Below, piece by piece: positions 1 to 10,092 of a stretch of 64,000 nucleotides of DNA; the first letter of the stretch is position 1, and each line of letters begins with the position of its first letter. Made by a program: the position numbers and the translations under genes. The stretch covers positions 1 through 64,000 of the forward strand of contig JANLSU010000126.1 in the NCBI GenBank assembly GCA_031362565.1, given 5' to 3'. The notes below the pieces were generated by a model, which saw nothing but the letters and a program-made list of their open reading frames with translations, searched no databases and had not been told where the DNA came from. The DNA is from a bacterium (lineage in GTDB: Bacteria; Krumholzibacteriota; Krumholzibacteriia; G020349025).

Positions 1-1
1 G

Positions 2-778
2 CGGCCGGACTACCTGCGCTCGCTGTGCCGCGCATTGCGCCCGCTCGGGATCATCTGGAGCGCGGCCGTTTCCATCGACGTGACCGATGATCCCTCGCTG
101 GCGCAGGAAATGGCGCTCGCTGGGTGCACCGGAGTCTTCGTCGGCTTCGAGTCGCTCCAGCCGGCGAACATCATCGAGGCGCGCAAGAAGAGCCCACGGC
201 CCTCGGACTATGCACGGCGGGTGGCGCTTCTGCATGACCATGGCATTCAGGTGAACGGCAGCTTCGTGCTGGGATTCGACCATGATGAGCACGACGTCTT
301 CGAACGCACCACGCAGTGGGTCGAGGAGAACCGGCTCGAGTGCGCGACGTTTCACATCCTGACGCCCTATCCCGGGACGCCGCTCTTCCATCAAATGGAG
401 CGCGAGGGCCGGCTTCTGCATCGGGACTGGTCGCGTTACGACACTGCGAACGTGGTTTTCAGGCCGCGGCGCATGACCGCTGAACAACTCGCCGAAGGCT
501 ACGCGTGGTGCTACGAACGGCTGTTTTCCCATGCATCGATCTGGCGCCGGCGGCCCGCCGACGCCAAGGCGGTGGCGCCGTATCTCGCGATGTCCTACCT
601 GTACAAGCGGTCGAATGCGATTTGGTATTTCCTGATCCGCTACCGGATGACGGCAGCGGTCTGGCGCCCGCTGGTGGAACTGACGCGGCAGCGCCACTTG
701 CGCTTTCGGAAGCAACTCGTGCGCCGGCCCGGCAACACGCCGCGCCTTGCAGCGTGCCCCATCCCGCCCGGCGTGTGA
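2..778 (+). CDS. Radical SAM protein, probably B12-binding subclass (5'-truncated by window edge)
   Basis: Frame open from position 2. GCTGVFVGFES, GSFVLGFDHD and ILTPYPGTPL are typical of the C-terminal half of B12-binding radical SAM enzymes. The CxxxCxxC motif lies outside the window. Confidence 0.8.
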   Translation, partial: RPDYLRSLCRALRPLGIIWSAAVSIDVTDDPSLAQEMALAGCTGVFVGFESLQPANIIEARKKSPRPSDYARRVALLHDHGIQVNGSFVLGFDHDEHDVFERTTQWVEENRLECATFHILTPYPGTPLFHQMEREGRLLHRDWSRYDTANVVFRPRRMTAEQLAEGYAWCYERLFSHASIWRRRPADAKAVAPYLAMSYLYKRSNAIWYFLIRYRMTAAVWRPLVELTRQRHLRFRKQLVRRPGNTPRLAACPIPPGV

Positions 779-849
779 ATGCGGGCGGGAACGAGACCTT
801 CATCGGCTACGAGATGGCGAACCGCCGACATTCTGCGTTCGGACTCACC

Positions 850-3627
850 TCAGTGGTGAAGAAGAACGAACTTACGCGTCACGCTCGCCGGCCCAGTTCG
901 CAACCGAGCAAGGTACAATCCGCGCCCGACGTGCTGCCCCGAGTCACTGCGCCGATCCCATGTCTGCGAGTACTCGCCAGGTTGCAGCGTGCTCTGCACC
1001 AGGGTACGCAGCCGATTGCCGCGCACGTCGTAGATCTGCAGGCTTGCGAGACCGTGCTGGGAGCCGATGCTGAAGTGCAGTTCAACCTGCCCACCGCTAC
1101 CAGCCTCACGGGGCGTCGAGAGCGCCGTGCGCGGGCTCGAGACCGCGGCTCGCACCAAGACGGTGCCTGAGGCAACGTCACCGCCAGCTTCCAAGGCCAA
1201 GACGAGACGATACCAATAGTCCACACCGGCAGCCACCGACGTGTCTTCGAAAGCCATGTCGCGGCGCGGCGCGAGGCGTGATGTGGTGCGTTCGGTAAAC
1301 GGCCCCTCCGCCGACTCGGCACGCTGTACGCTAACGCCTCCCACCAGGCGAGTCGCATCGTCGGACAACTTCCAACTCAGCCGGACCAACCCGGACGTCG
1401 ACACGGCCTTCAGGTCTTCGACCTCCACCGGGACTGGGCCATCATTGTCAGTCCAGCGTGCGACGTACATGGATGGACGGCCGCCGGCGCGAGTGAAGAG
1501 ACCACCGACATACAACTTGTCATCGACAACCGTCATCGCCACTGCGTTGTCGTTGATTCCGGAGCCGAGCGGCGACCACGACTGGCCGTCCCAGCGCCCG
1601 ATGTTGCCTACCGCCGTGCCCCCCGCCAACGGGAAGACACCGCTCGCGATCAGATTGTCGTTGTAGAAGGCCATCGCCCGCACGGCGTTCGAGAATGGCG
1701 GTGCAAGCACACCCGCGCCAAGCGGAACCCACGCGGCGCCACTCCACAGGCGCATCATGTTCACCCAAGTGCCGGAGCCTGCAACCCATACGACACTGCC
1801 CGCGACGAGATTGATGCCATAGGAACTCAGCGAGTACACTGCATCGTCACTCCAAGTTCCGATCGCCTGCCAACTCGCGCCGTTCAAACGCGCGACATGG
1901 TTCACGAGCGTGCTGCCGGAGGTGACGAAGAAACCACCGGCAATGACCTGCCCCCCGGACAGAGTCAGCGCCCGCACGCCGAGTCCGTTCGGGGATCCAC
2001 CCAATCCGGCCCCGACGCCGCTCCAAGTGGAGCCATCCCAGCGCGCGATGTTCATCGCCGGGACGTTGCCCGCGTAGTAGAAGTCACCGCCCACGTACAG
2101 GCTTCCATTGCTGACGACCATGGCGCGAACGGATCCATCGACTCCGAGGCCCAGCGGCCTCCATGCCGTTCCGTCCCAACGCGCGATGTTGGGCACCGCC
2201 GTGCTGCCGGATTGGTAGAAGTTCCCAGCGGCGATCAAATCACCATTGAAAACCGTCAGGGCAAATACCGTTCCTTCGAGCCCGGCACCGAGTTGATGCC
2301 AGGACGCGCCATCCCACAGCGCAACGTGTTGTGCGAATGTGTGGCCTGCTTTGGTGAAGTCACCGCCGGCGACGAGTTGCCCGCCATACACGCTGAGCGC
2401 CCAGGCCGGGGCGTTGAGGGGTTGGCCCGACGTGATCGCACCAACGTCGTCCCAATTCACGCCATCCCAGCTCGCGAGATGTCCAACGTCGATTCCGCCC
2501 GCCTGATCGAAGATTCCACCCGCGTAGAGCTTGCCGTCGTGCACGGCAAGGGCCACGACGTTGTCGTTCGTGCCTGAACCAAGCGCGATCCACGCTTGTC
2601 CGTCCCAGCGCGCGATGTGGCTTACGGCCGTCCCACCGGCGAGCGGGAACAATCCCGACGCGATCAAGTTTCCATTGAAGGTCGTGAGGGCGCGCACCGC
2701 ATTGGAGAACGGCGGTAACAGAGACCCCGTTCCGAGTGGTGTCCAGGCTCCATTGTCGAGCCGCGCGATCATGTTGACCCAAGTGCCGAGATCCTGTTGC
2801 CAAACAACGCTGCCGGCGATGAGGCTACCCTCGAAATCAACCAGGCTGTAGACGGTGTCGTTCGTCCAGTTCCCAACTGGCGTCCACGCCACTCCGCTCC
2901 ACGCTGCCACGCGGTTCACGGGCGTGGCGCCCGATTGCGTGAAAAAACCGCCGGCGATCAGCGTGTTTCCCGAGACTGTAAGCGCGCGTACCCCGAAGCC
3001 ACTCTGGCCGCCCGAGAGCCCATTCCCCATGGCATGCCAGGCGCTCCCATCCCACCGCGCCATGGACTGTGCAGAAATCCCACCGGCCGCACTGAAGTCC
3101 CCGCCCACGTAGAGGCTGCCGTCCAGCACCCCCAAGGCGCGCACCGATCCGCTGAGCCCGGTTCCGAGTGCTCGCCACGCCGTGCCGTCCCAGCGCGCGA
3201 TGTAGTTCAGTGGAGTATTGCCCGATTGGTAGAATGTGCCACCAGCAACCAGTTCGCCGCCGAACACCGCGAGCGCGAAAACCGTGCCCTCGAGCCCTGC
3301 ACCCAAAGGGCTCCAGGACGTACCGTTCCAAAACGCGACATGCGACAGGGGTTCGCCGTCGGCCTGAGTGAACTCGCCGCCGGCCACGAGCCCGCCGGCG
3401 TATTCGGTCAGGCACCATACGGTAGCGTTCATGCCGGCTACCGGCCCGAATTCGCCGGACCACTCTCCCGGGATCGCGAGTTGGGCAGCGGAACCACCAT
3501 TACTTGCGACCGCCGTGGACATTGCACTGGATGACAACGCAATCAGGCTGGCAAGCAGGATCGTGACAAAACCCCGTCGATGTCCGATCAGCGCACTCAG
3601 GCGTGAATAATAAGTACGACAGGACAT
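850..3627 (-). CDS. Secreted double beta-propeller protein with C-terminal Ig-like/FlgD-Ig domain
   Basis: ATG 3627 with AAAGGGG RBS. Hydrophobic signal-like N-terminus, about 14 repeats of ~47 aa (L.vGG.F..aGg......ARWDG..W..LG.G), then PVPVEVEDLKA...VRLSW and an FlgD-Ig/T9SS-like tail (LQIYDVRGNRLRTLV...WD...GLYLARL...RKFVLLHH). Confidence 0.8.
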   Translation of the reverse strand: MSCRTYYSRLSALIGHRRGFVTILLASLIALSSSAMSTAVASNGGSAAQLAIPGEWSGEFGPVAGMNATVWCLTEYAGGLVAGGEFTQADGEPLSHVAFWNGTSWSPLGAGLEGTVFALAVFGGELVAGGTFYQSGNTPLNYIARWDGTAWRALGTGLSGSVRALGVLDGSLYVGGDFSAAGGISAQSMARWDGSAWHAMGNGLSGGQSGFGVRALTVSGNTLIAGGFFTQSGATPVNRVAAWSGVAWTPVGNWTNDTVYSLVDFEGSLIAGSVVWQQDLGTWVNMIARLDNGAWTPLGTGSLLPPFSNAVRALTTFNGNLIASGLFPLAGGTAVSHIARWDGQAWIALGSGTNDNVVALAVHDGKLYAGGIFDQAGGIDVGHLASWDGVNWDDVGAITSGQPLNAPAWALSVYGGQLVAGGDFTKAGHTFAQHVALWDGASWHQLGAGLEGTVFALTVFNGDLIAAGNFYQSGSTAVPNIARWDGTAWRPLGLGVDGSVRAMVVSNGSLYVGGDFYYAGNVPAMNIARWDGSTWSGVGAGLGGSPNGLGVRALTLSGGQVIAGGFFVTSGSTLVNHVARLNGASWQAIGTWSDDAVYSLSSYGINLVAGSVVWVAGSGTWVNMMRLWSGAAWVPLGAGVLAPPFSNAVRAMAFYNDNLIASGVFPLAGGTAVGNIGRWDGQSWSPLGSGINDNAVAMTVVDDKLYVGGLFTRAGGRPSMYVARWTDNDGPVPVEVEDLKAVSTSGLVRLSWKLSDDATRLVGGVSVQRAESAEGPFTERTTSRLAPRRDMAFEDTSVAAGVDYWYRLVLALEAGGDVASGTVLVRAAVSSPRTALSTPREAGSGGQVELHFSIGSQHGLASLQIYDVRGNRLRTLVQSTLQPGEYSQTWDRRSDSGQHVGRGLYLARLRTGPASVTRKFVLLHH

Positions 3628-3706
3628 AGCCCGCGCCCCTTTCAAAGCACCGGAGGCGAGCGCAAAGCAGAGAGCCACAGCGCTGGACAGCGTCTCCGAT
3701 TGGACA

Positions 3707-3735
3707 AGCATAGGGCCGCGAACACCTTGAATCAA
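3707..3735 (-). promoter_or_regulatory. Sigma70-type promoter of the beta-propeller gene
   Basis: TTGATT-N17-TATGCT on the minus strand, 80 nt upstream of ATG 3627. Confidence 0.55.
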
Positions 3736-3790
3736 GCAGGCTGATTCGCCCCCTGCGCCGCGGCGCAAAGCATCGGCTTCAGCCGGGCAC

Positions 3791-4912
3791 TCACACCAGC
3801 CACTGCTTGTCGCGCAGCTTGCCGGGCAGGTATTCCTCGGAGATGAACGAAATACCCTTCGAGGACAGGGCTTCGAGCTCCAGCTTCACGCCGCGGTGCA
3901 TCATGTGCTGCAGTTCCTTCTGCCATTCCTTGCGGTGGAACCACGGGTAGGCGAGCATCTGCTTGGCGCGCTTCTCGTCGGTTTCGTCGAGACGGATCGT
4001 GACGTTGCCGGGCAGTGCATACTTTTCGGCGTCGAAGGACGAAAGGCCCAGGAAGCGCGCCTCCGGCACCGCCATGCGCACGCTCTCGTACGCCAGGTTG
4101 ATGCTCCCCTGCTTGACCACCGAGTAGATGTAGAAGCCCCACGGATCGTTGTCGACTAGCACGTAGAGCGGCAGCTTGAGTTCCCGCACCATGCGCGACA
4201 AGAGGCGTCGCACGCCGCGTGACGCCATACCCTGGCCGTGCAGCAAGATCGCCTTGTGCTTGCGCCAGAACTTGTCCTCGTTCAGGCGCCGCCACACGGC
4301 ATCCTTTTCGACCAGCAGGATCATCTCGGCGTCGCACTTCTTGAATTGGATCACATTGTCTTCGACGATGGACGGCACGCTCCAACCGCCGGAACCGAGC
4401 CGCCGCAAATCGATGGTGTCGCCGGCGTCGACCAGTGTCAGGCCGCCGACCATGGCGCCACGGTTGGCGGCGAAGAGGTTCATCTCCTCGCGGAGCGAAT
4501 CGAGAGTCACTTCCAGATCCTCGATGATCGGATCCGACTCTTCCTGCTCCTCGAAGGTGTTTTGGCGCGTGTCGCCGATCGTGTGCTTGGTGATGTAGTA
4601 GAGATCGCGGATACTGGTCGTCTTGCCCGCGTCCAACAGTTCCTTGCACGCCGACGCCACCAGGAACGTCTGCATGAACTTGCGCGCCTGGCCGACGTTG
4701 AAGAGATAGCGGCTCTGGCGTTGACCGCCGAGTTCGATGATCGACTTCTTCCGGTCGAACGTCACGTTGGCGAGCGTCCGAACTGGAATGCTGAGCGATG
4801 GATTGCGATGGGCGTGGATCTCCTTGACAACCCGAGCCGCCAAGTCGGCCATCTTGGGAGCAGCGTCCCCGCCACGCGCTTTGAGGCTGCGAGTGGATTT
4901 GCGAGCGGTCAC
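3791..4912 (-). CDS. top6A: DNA topoisomerase VI subunit A (Spo11-like)
   Basis: IRDLYY catalytic-Tyr motif, Q.ESD..IEDLE, Toprim LVEKDAV and DNDPWG (DxD), KLELEAL. GTG start overlaps the top6B stop (GTGA). Confidence 0.95.
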   Translation of the reverse strand: MTARKSTRSLKARGGDAAPKMADLAARVVKEIHAHRNPSLSIPVRTLANVTFDRKKSIIELGGQRQSRYLFNVGQARKFMQTFLVASACKELLDAGKTTSIRDLYYITKHTIGDTRQNTFEEQEESDPIIEDLEVTLDSLREEMNLFAANRGAMVGGLTLVDAGDTIDLRRLGSGGWSVPSIVEDNVIQFKKCDAEMILLVEKDAVWRRLNEDKFWRKHKAILLHGQGMASRGVRRLLSRMVRELKLPLYVLVDNDPWGFYIYSVVKQGSINLAYESVRMAVPEARFLGLSSFDAEKYALPGNVTIRLDETDEKRAKQMLAYPWFHRKEWQKELQHMMHRGVKLELEALSSKGISFISEEYLPGKLRDKQWLV

Positions 4913-7161
4913 GCGATTTCCTCCCCGTCATTCAAGAGTTCGAGCTGCGGCGATGCCGTCTTGCGGCGCTTGGGCTTCTTGGTGCCGGCAGCTTTTTCCT
5001 GTTCCTTCTTCGAGAGTTCATCGTCGCGCTTCTCGACCGCCTTGCTGGCGCCCACGACCAGGGCCACGTCCTCGTTCCCATCGCCGGTGTGCTTGTGGGC
5101 GAGGAGCAGGAGGTCCTTCTGCAGGGCGGGCCGATCGACCTTGGTCAGCTTGTCGAGCGAATCGACGAGTTCACCGATGTACATTTCGAAAATGCTGCGG
5201 CGCCGTTGGTCGTGGCGCTCCGCGTCGCGGCGGCGCAAGAAGCTGCCGAGGCGCCTCCCGCATTCCTGCAGCGCGAGACTGATTTCCTTCAGGATTTCCG
5301 GGTAGTGCGCCACCGATTCCTTGGACTCACTCGTGAACGGCACCCACACGGACGCGATGTGCACCAAGAGCACCATGGGTCCTTGCGGCAGCGACCCGCG
5401 CGGCTGCACGAGCCCATAACCGCGCCAATTGGTGTCGATGACGCCCTTGAACGTGGCGCAGGATGATTGCTGGTACTGCAACGGCACCCGGTTCGCGAGC
5501 CGCAAGAGCGTGATCGGACCCTGCTGGGCGTCGGCCTCGCGGGCCGTCTTTTCGGGGCTCAAGTCGTCGTCCCCGATGCGGCCGCGCAAGTCACCGCCAT
5601 ACGCGAGCCCCGCTTCGACCTGAAACGGATTGCCGCGATACACGGCCGGCGGCCGCGTCGCCGAGGTATAGAACTCGGCTTGGATTTCGCGTTCGAGCCC
5701 CTTGCGAATGAGATCCTCACCGATGGGTACGACACTCGCCGACGGCGGCGCAAAAATCTTCACCTGTGGGATCGCCTTGTGCAGCCGTTCGACTTCGCCC
5801 GGCTTCAAGGCCCCGGGCTTGGCACGTGGCGAGATCACGGCTTTGGCGAGAATCTCCTCCGCGACCTTGGGGGTGACGCGCGAAAACTCCGTCTGCAGCG
5901 CGGCAAGGATCGAGCGGGCTTCGGTCTCCTGCAGGATCCGTTGCAGCATGCCGAGTTCGACGCCGTACGGATGCGGCTTGATTTCGAGCGGTTCGCGCGG
6001 CAGATCATTCGTGGCGCGCGGCGTGTGCACGAGCGGCCGCCCCTTGGGCGGCTGGTACAGGATCTCGGCGTGCGGATTGGCGATCCGCACCTGCTCGACG
6101 TATTCGTCCACCGAGCGCCGGCCGGCCTTGTAGATGCCCTGCAGTTCGATCTCGACTCGCGTGCCGTGATCGCGCGGCCAATCGACCTCGTCATCCTTGA
6201 TGACGTTTGGCGTGTTGCGAGTCGCGTCGATGACGATCTCGAAGTGATGCGCGGGACGGCCCTTGCCGGTCTTCGACGTGATGACGATCGGCTTACCGGT
6301 CGTGAGCTGGCCGTACATCCCGGCGGCGGAAATACCGATGCCCTGCTGGCCGCGCGATTGGCGCAGGCGGTGAAACTTCGAACCGTACAGCAGCTTGCCG
6401 AAGACTTTGGGGATTTGCGCTTTGACGATGCCCGGACCGTTGTCCTCGATGATGACCCGGAAGCGGTCTTCGGCGAGTTCCACAAGTTCGACGCGCACGG
6501 TCGGCAGAATGCCCGCCTCTTCGCACGCATCGAGGCTGTTGTCGAGCGCTTCCTTGACGGTCGTGAGCAAGGCGCGCACCGGACTGTCGAACCCGAGCAG
6601 GTGGCGGTTCTTCATGAAGAACTCGCTCACCGAGATCTCGCGCTGTTTGCCGGCCATGGACTCAGCAGTGGCGCGGCGGCGCGGCGCGGCGGCTGTCCCC
6701 TTTGCTTCGGCGTGGCCGTCATCGTGCGGAGCGAAGTCGGCGGTCAGCGGTTCGGGCTCTTCGGCCACGGGCTTGGTGGCTTGGGCGCGCGGCGACTTGG
6801 TGGCCGGCTTGGCGCCGCGCTTGGGCTTCGACGCCGCGGGCTCCGGCGCAAACAGATCCGGCTGCGCAGCACGTTTTGCGCGTCGCGAGGTCGGAGCGGC
6901 GCGCTTGGATTTCTTCTCGGCAGCGGCCAGCTTGGATGCGAGCTCGGCCTTCGACTGCGCCTTCGAGACGCCCGCCTGCTTCGCGCCCGGCGCCGGCGCA
7001 ATCGCCGACGACTTCGATTTGGGCTTCGGCTTTGCCTTCGACTCGGGTGCGGCAGATTTGGATTTGGGCGCCGGCTTCGCGGTCGAACGCTTCGCTGCGC
7101 TCTCCGCACCGCCGCCCAAAATGACTGGGGCCCCGGTCGCACGTCGGATTCGAATCGCCAT
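4909..7161 (-). CDS. top6B: DNA topoisomerase VI subunit B with long basic N-terminal extension
   Basis: [13 protein letters not shown] motifs [38 protein letters not shown], transducer RLANRVPL and [16 protein letters not shown] before ATG 7161. Confidence 0.95.
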   Translation of the reverse strand: MAIRIRRATGAPVILGGGAESAAKRSTAKPAPKSKSAAPESKAKPKPKSKSSAIAPAPGAKQAGVSKAQSKAELASKLAAAEKKSKRAAPTSRRAKRAAQPDLFAPEPAASKPKRGAKPATKSPRAQATKPVAEEPEPLTADFAPHDDGHAEAKGTAAAPRRRATAESMAGKQREISVSEFFMKNRHLLGFDSPVRALLTTVKEALDNSLDACEEAGILPTVRVELVELAEDRFRVIIEDNGPGIVKAQIPKVFGKLLYGSKFHRLRQSRGQQGIGISAAGMYGQLTTGKPIVITSKTGKGRPAHHFEIVIDATRNTPNVIKDDEVDWPRDHGTRVEIELQGIYKAGRRSVDEYVEQVRIANPHAEILYQPPKGRPLVHTPRATNDLPREPLEIKPHPYGVELGMLQRILQETEARSILAALQTEFSRVTPKVAEEILAKAVISPRAKPGALKPGEVERLHKAIPQVKIFAPPSASVVPIGEDLIRKGLEREIQAEFYTSATRPPAVYRGNPFQVEAGLAYGGDLRGRIGDDDLSPEKTAREADAQQGPITLLRLANRVPLQYQQSSCATFKGVIDTNWRGYGLVQPRGSLPQGPMVLLVHIASVWVPFTSESKESVAHYPEILKEISLALQECGRRLGSFLRRRDAERHDQRRRSIFEMYIGELVDSLDKLTKVDRPALQKDLLLLAHKHTGDGNEDVALVVGASKAVEKRDDELSKKEQEKAAGTKKPKRRKTASPQLELLNDGEEIA

Positions 7162-7215
7162 GTTGCTCCGTCCTCACCTTCCACGTGCGACGCATCCCGC
7201 CACACGGAGCGCCCC

Positions 7216-7245
7216 ACTATGCAAGAATGCTGCAATTCGTGGCAA
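7216..7245 (-). promoter_or_regulatory. Candidate sigma70 promoter of top6BA
   Basis: TTGCCA-N18-CATAGT on the minus strand, 55 nt upstream of the start. Confidence 0.35.
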
Positions 7246-7439
7246 GCGTCCGTTCCACACACCCAGCAAACCCGCGCGGGGCGTGGATTTGCGCCGCCAG
7301 ACCAGGTGGCATGGGGCAACGGTGGTGCGGGATCGCGGCCGACTCTGCGACTTCCGTGGACGCATCGCTGGCCACGGAAGTAGCATTTCGCGCCCCGAGA
7401 CGCTTGGTCCAAAGACCCGCGTCCACTGAGGAGGTTGGG

Positions 7440-8480
7440 ATGTTGGGTGGATCGATTCTGCGGCCGGCGCGACGTAGCGCGTTCACGGCCACGAGCCTGG
7501 CGGCGCTCCTCGTGATCTCGCCCGCTTGCGGCTGCGCTTCGTCGCATTCGGAATCACATTCCGCGTCCCAGCACGTTACGACAACGGCGACGCCGGCACC
7601 GGTGCCGGCGGCTGCCGCACGGCTCGGCCCCGGGGCGGTGTCATCCGTCGACGCGGCGCGCCTCGAACGGCTCGTGGCGCGCAATCTGGCACCGGCCGTG
7701 AGCCTGCCCGAATCACTTCTCACCAATCGTCTCGCGGCCTGGGCGCCATTCGGCGTCGGCGAGCGCGTTGCACGCTGGGCGAATCTGTTCGTCGATCGCA
7801 ACGACAACGTCTATTGCTTCGGGCCGAAGGCGGGCGGTTACGTCGCGGACAGCCTCCTCGTGCAGGACTACAAATTGGATTGTGTCTCGTTGTTCTACCG
7901 TTGTACGGAGCTGGCGCGCGCCGCGACGCCGCGTGATGCCATCCTGCTGGCGCTCGGCACGCGCTTCGCGGGTGGCGATCCGACTCATGTCGTCCGGCCG
8001 ACCGGTGCCGTCGACTACGACGACCCGGCGCACCTCGACTACTCGGAGGATTTCGCGGCGACTGGGCTTTGGGGTCAGGACGTCACACGCGACGTCGGCC
8101 TTGCCATCAAAGAGAAGCCCGGCACGAGCCGCTACCCGGCGGGCTCCCGCTATTACATTCCCAAGAGCAAGATCCGCCTCGACCGTTTACACGACGGCGA
8201 TCTCGTGCTCTACGTCCTCGATGAGAAGAACGACAAGGCGCGCAAACTGCGCCGGGACTACGGACTCCTGGTCGGACATCAGGCGCTCATCGACGTCGAC
8301 GGCAAGACGGTGTATCAGATTCACGCCGCCCAGTCGGACTTGAGCGGCGTGTACACCGGCAACCACGTGGTGCGCGTCCCGCTCTTGACGTATGCCAAAC
8401 GCCAGGAGCGCTTCAAAGGCATCATGGTTCTGCGCATGAAGAACGCCGACGTTCCGGCGGCGAAACGCACCACGCCCTGA
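7440..8480 (+). CDS. Putative lipoprotein, DUF1460/NlpC-P60-like peptidoglycan amidase
   Basis: GAGGAGG RBS and ATG 7440. Hydrophobic stretch ending ACGC (lipobox-like). LDCVS nucleophile Cys, later GH and IHA as in DUF1460-type amidases. Confidence 0.6.
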   Translation: MLGGSILRPARRSAFTATSLAALLVISPACGCASSHSESHSASQHVTTTATPAPVPAAAARLGPGAVSSVDAARLERLVARNLAPAVSLPESLLTNRLAAWAPFGVGERVARWANLFVDRNDNVYCFGPKAGGYVADSLLVQDYKLDCVSLFYRCTELARAATPRDAILLALGTRFAGGDPTHVVRPTGAVDYDDPAHLDYSEDFAATGLWGQDVTRDVGLAIKEKPGTSRYPAGSRYYIPKSKIRLDRLHDGDLVLYVLDEKNDKARKLRRDYGLLVGHQALIDVDGKTVYQIHAAQSDLSGVYTGNHVVRVPLLTYAKRQERFKGIMVLRMKNADVPAAKRTTP

Positions 8481-8490
8481 GTTTCCGGCG

Positions 8491-9912
8491 CTACTGCTGC
8501 AACCGCACCCGATACGTGAGCACCGTCTCGCCGTTCGCGGCGACCGGCAGTGCAAAGCTCGCCGTTGTCGAGTTCTCTTTGGTGGCCGTGGTCGAACTCT
8601 GCAGCATCGTCCAGTCGCCGTAGAAGTTCTCGAGGACGCGCACCTTGATCGCTTCACCCTTGTGGTTGCGGATCTTGACCCGATACGCGAGTTCGGACAC
8701 CCGGTCGCTGACACGTTGGAAATCGGTCTGCTCGTGATCGCCGACGATGTCGAAGGCCCGGCCGACGGCGAACTCGAGCGTTTCGTCCTTGGGGGTGTGC
8801 CCGACGCGGTTCTCGCCCAGAAACTGCGGCCCGCCGTCGCGATCCTTCTTGTAGACGCGCAGGATGCCGGCCGGGACCGGCAGGCCGAGGCCGTTCTCCT
8901 TGCTGTTCTTGAAGCGCAGCGTCACGTCCACGTGCTCCGAGCCCGCCGGCGGCGAAAAGCCCTGCACGAAGTACTGCGGCTGGGCCCGAAACGTGTATTC
9001 CTTCTCGACCGCGATCTTATTGGCGTTGAAGAAGAGGACCTGCTTCGTCTGCTGATCGCGGACATCGGTCCGGCGCTGCAACGTGTACAGGTGGTACTCG
9101 AAGAGCGATTCCTCCTGAAATTGTGGCGCTGCCGACTTGTAGACCATGTCGGCGCGCATCGCCATACCGCGATCGAGTTCCTCCCGGACGCGATTCACGT
9201 CGCCCGCGACGAGCTTGAGCTGGGCGTTTTCGAATGTCGCGCCGCTCGTATTGGCGAGCGTCACCCAACCGTCGATCGAGCCCTGCTTTTCGGTTTCGTC
9301 CAGCAACAGCACATAGTCAGCGCGCCAGGAGAGACCGCCGCTCAAGTACGCGGTTTCGACATCTTGCGATCCGTCGCGATCCGCGTCCAACGTCCACACG
9401 AGCGTTGGGTGGGCGGAGAGTTCCGACGGCACGGCGTCCAACACGATGGGACCGGGCAAATCGAAGGCGATCTTGCCGTTCATTTCGTATACGGGACCCT
9501 CGTTCATGGCGAGGAGGCGGGCCCGGCCAAGCGTGCCGTCCGGCTGGCGGTACCCGACGTCGCGGCCGACATACTTCTGCATGAGTTTGTCGCGCGACAA
9601 GAGATCGTATTCGTAGTTTTGCTCGATGATCTGCACGCTGCCCGGGCCGTGCGACTCGAGGTGCACGGTGCTCGGGTCGACGCCGCGCGTCACGCCTTCG
9701 TAACGCAGCCGGAAGGTACCGCGGTGGAGCGGTACGGTGCGCCGTTCGCGAATGAGCGCCAAGTCCGTGTTGTAGATCGTGACGCTGACGTCCTTGCGGT
9801 CGGCGGGAGTACTCGAGAGGTCGCCGGCGTGGGCGGCGACGGCTCCTCCCAACCCCAAGGCGAGACCGAGAACGAGGGCATGGCGCGGCTGCGGAACGAA
9901 CTTCGCGAACAT
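8491..9912 (-). CDS. DUF4139 domain-containing exported protein
   Basis: GGGAGG RBS, ATG 9912, signal peptide. VSVTIYN.DLALIRE, YLSGGLSWRADY, LKLVAGDVNRV and EYHLYTL are characteristic of the family. Confidence 0.85.
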   Translation of the reverse strand: MFAKFVPQPRHALVLGLALGLGGAVAAHAGDLSSTPADRKDVSVTIYNTDLALIRERRTVPLHRGTFRLRYEGVTRGVDPSTVHLESHGPGSVQIIEQNYEYDLLSRDKLMQKYVGRDVGYRQPDGTLGRARLLAMNEGPVYEMNGKIAFDLPGPIVLDAVPSELSAHPTLVWTLDADRDGSQDVETAYLSGGLSWRADYVLLLDETEKQGSIDGWVTLANTSGATFENAQLKLVAGDVNRVREELDRGMAMRADMVYKSAAPQFQEESLFEYHLYTLQRRTDVRDQQTKQVLFFNANKIAVEKEYTFRAQPQYFVQGFSPPAGSEHVDVTLRFKNSKENGLGLPVPAGILRVYKKDRDGGPQFLGENRVGHTPKDETLEFAVGRAFDIVGDHEQTDFQRVSDRVSELAYRVKIRNHKGEAIKVRVLENFYGDWTMLQSSTTATKENSTTASFALPVAANGETVLTYRVRLQQ

Positions 9913-10045
9913 CAGAAGCCTCCCTGTGACCGTCGGGACGCGGGCGCGGCCGTCGAGCGATGTACCGGCCGGACGGGCTTGGTATTCCGCACCTTTGCCG
10001 GCGAATCCTGCCTGCGACCGGCGCCGCCCGGGCCGGAAACGACAC

Positions 10046-10072
10046 GGGCCCCAGGGAATGCCCCTCGGGCCC
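10046..10072 (-). terminator. GC-rich hairpin downstream of gcdH
   Basis: GGGCCCGAGGG...CCCTGGGGCCC stem with one mismatch, followed by TGTCGTTT on the minus strand. Confidence 0.35.
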
Positions 10073-10092
10073 GCTCGCACGTCGCGATCGAA

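Noticed and set aside
5467..7383. Long antisense ORFs (also 8662-10491, 18249-19949, 23608-26244, 47616-49733, 51583-53682)
   Set aside because: They shadow well-supported genes, lack motifs and are expected from high-GC codon bias.
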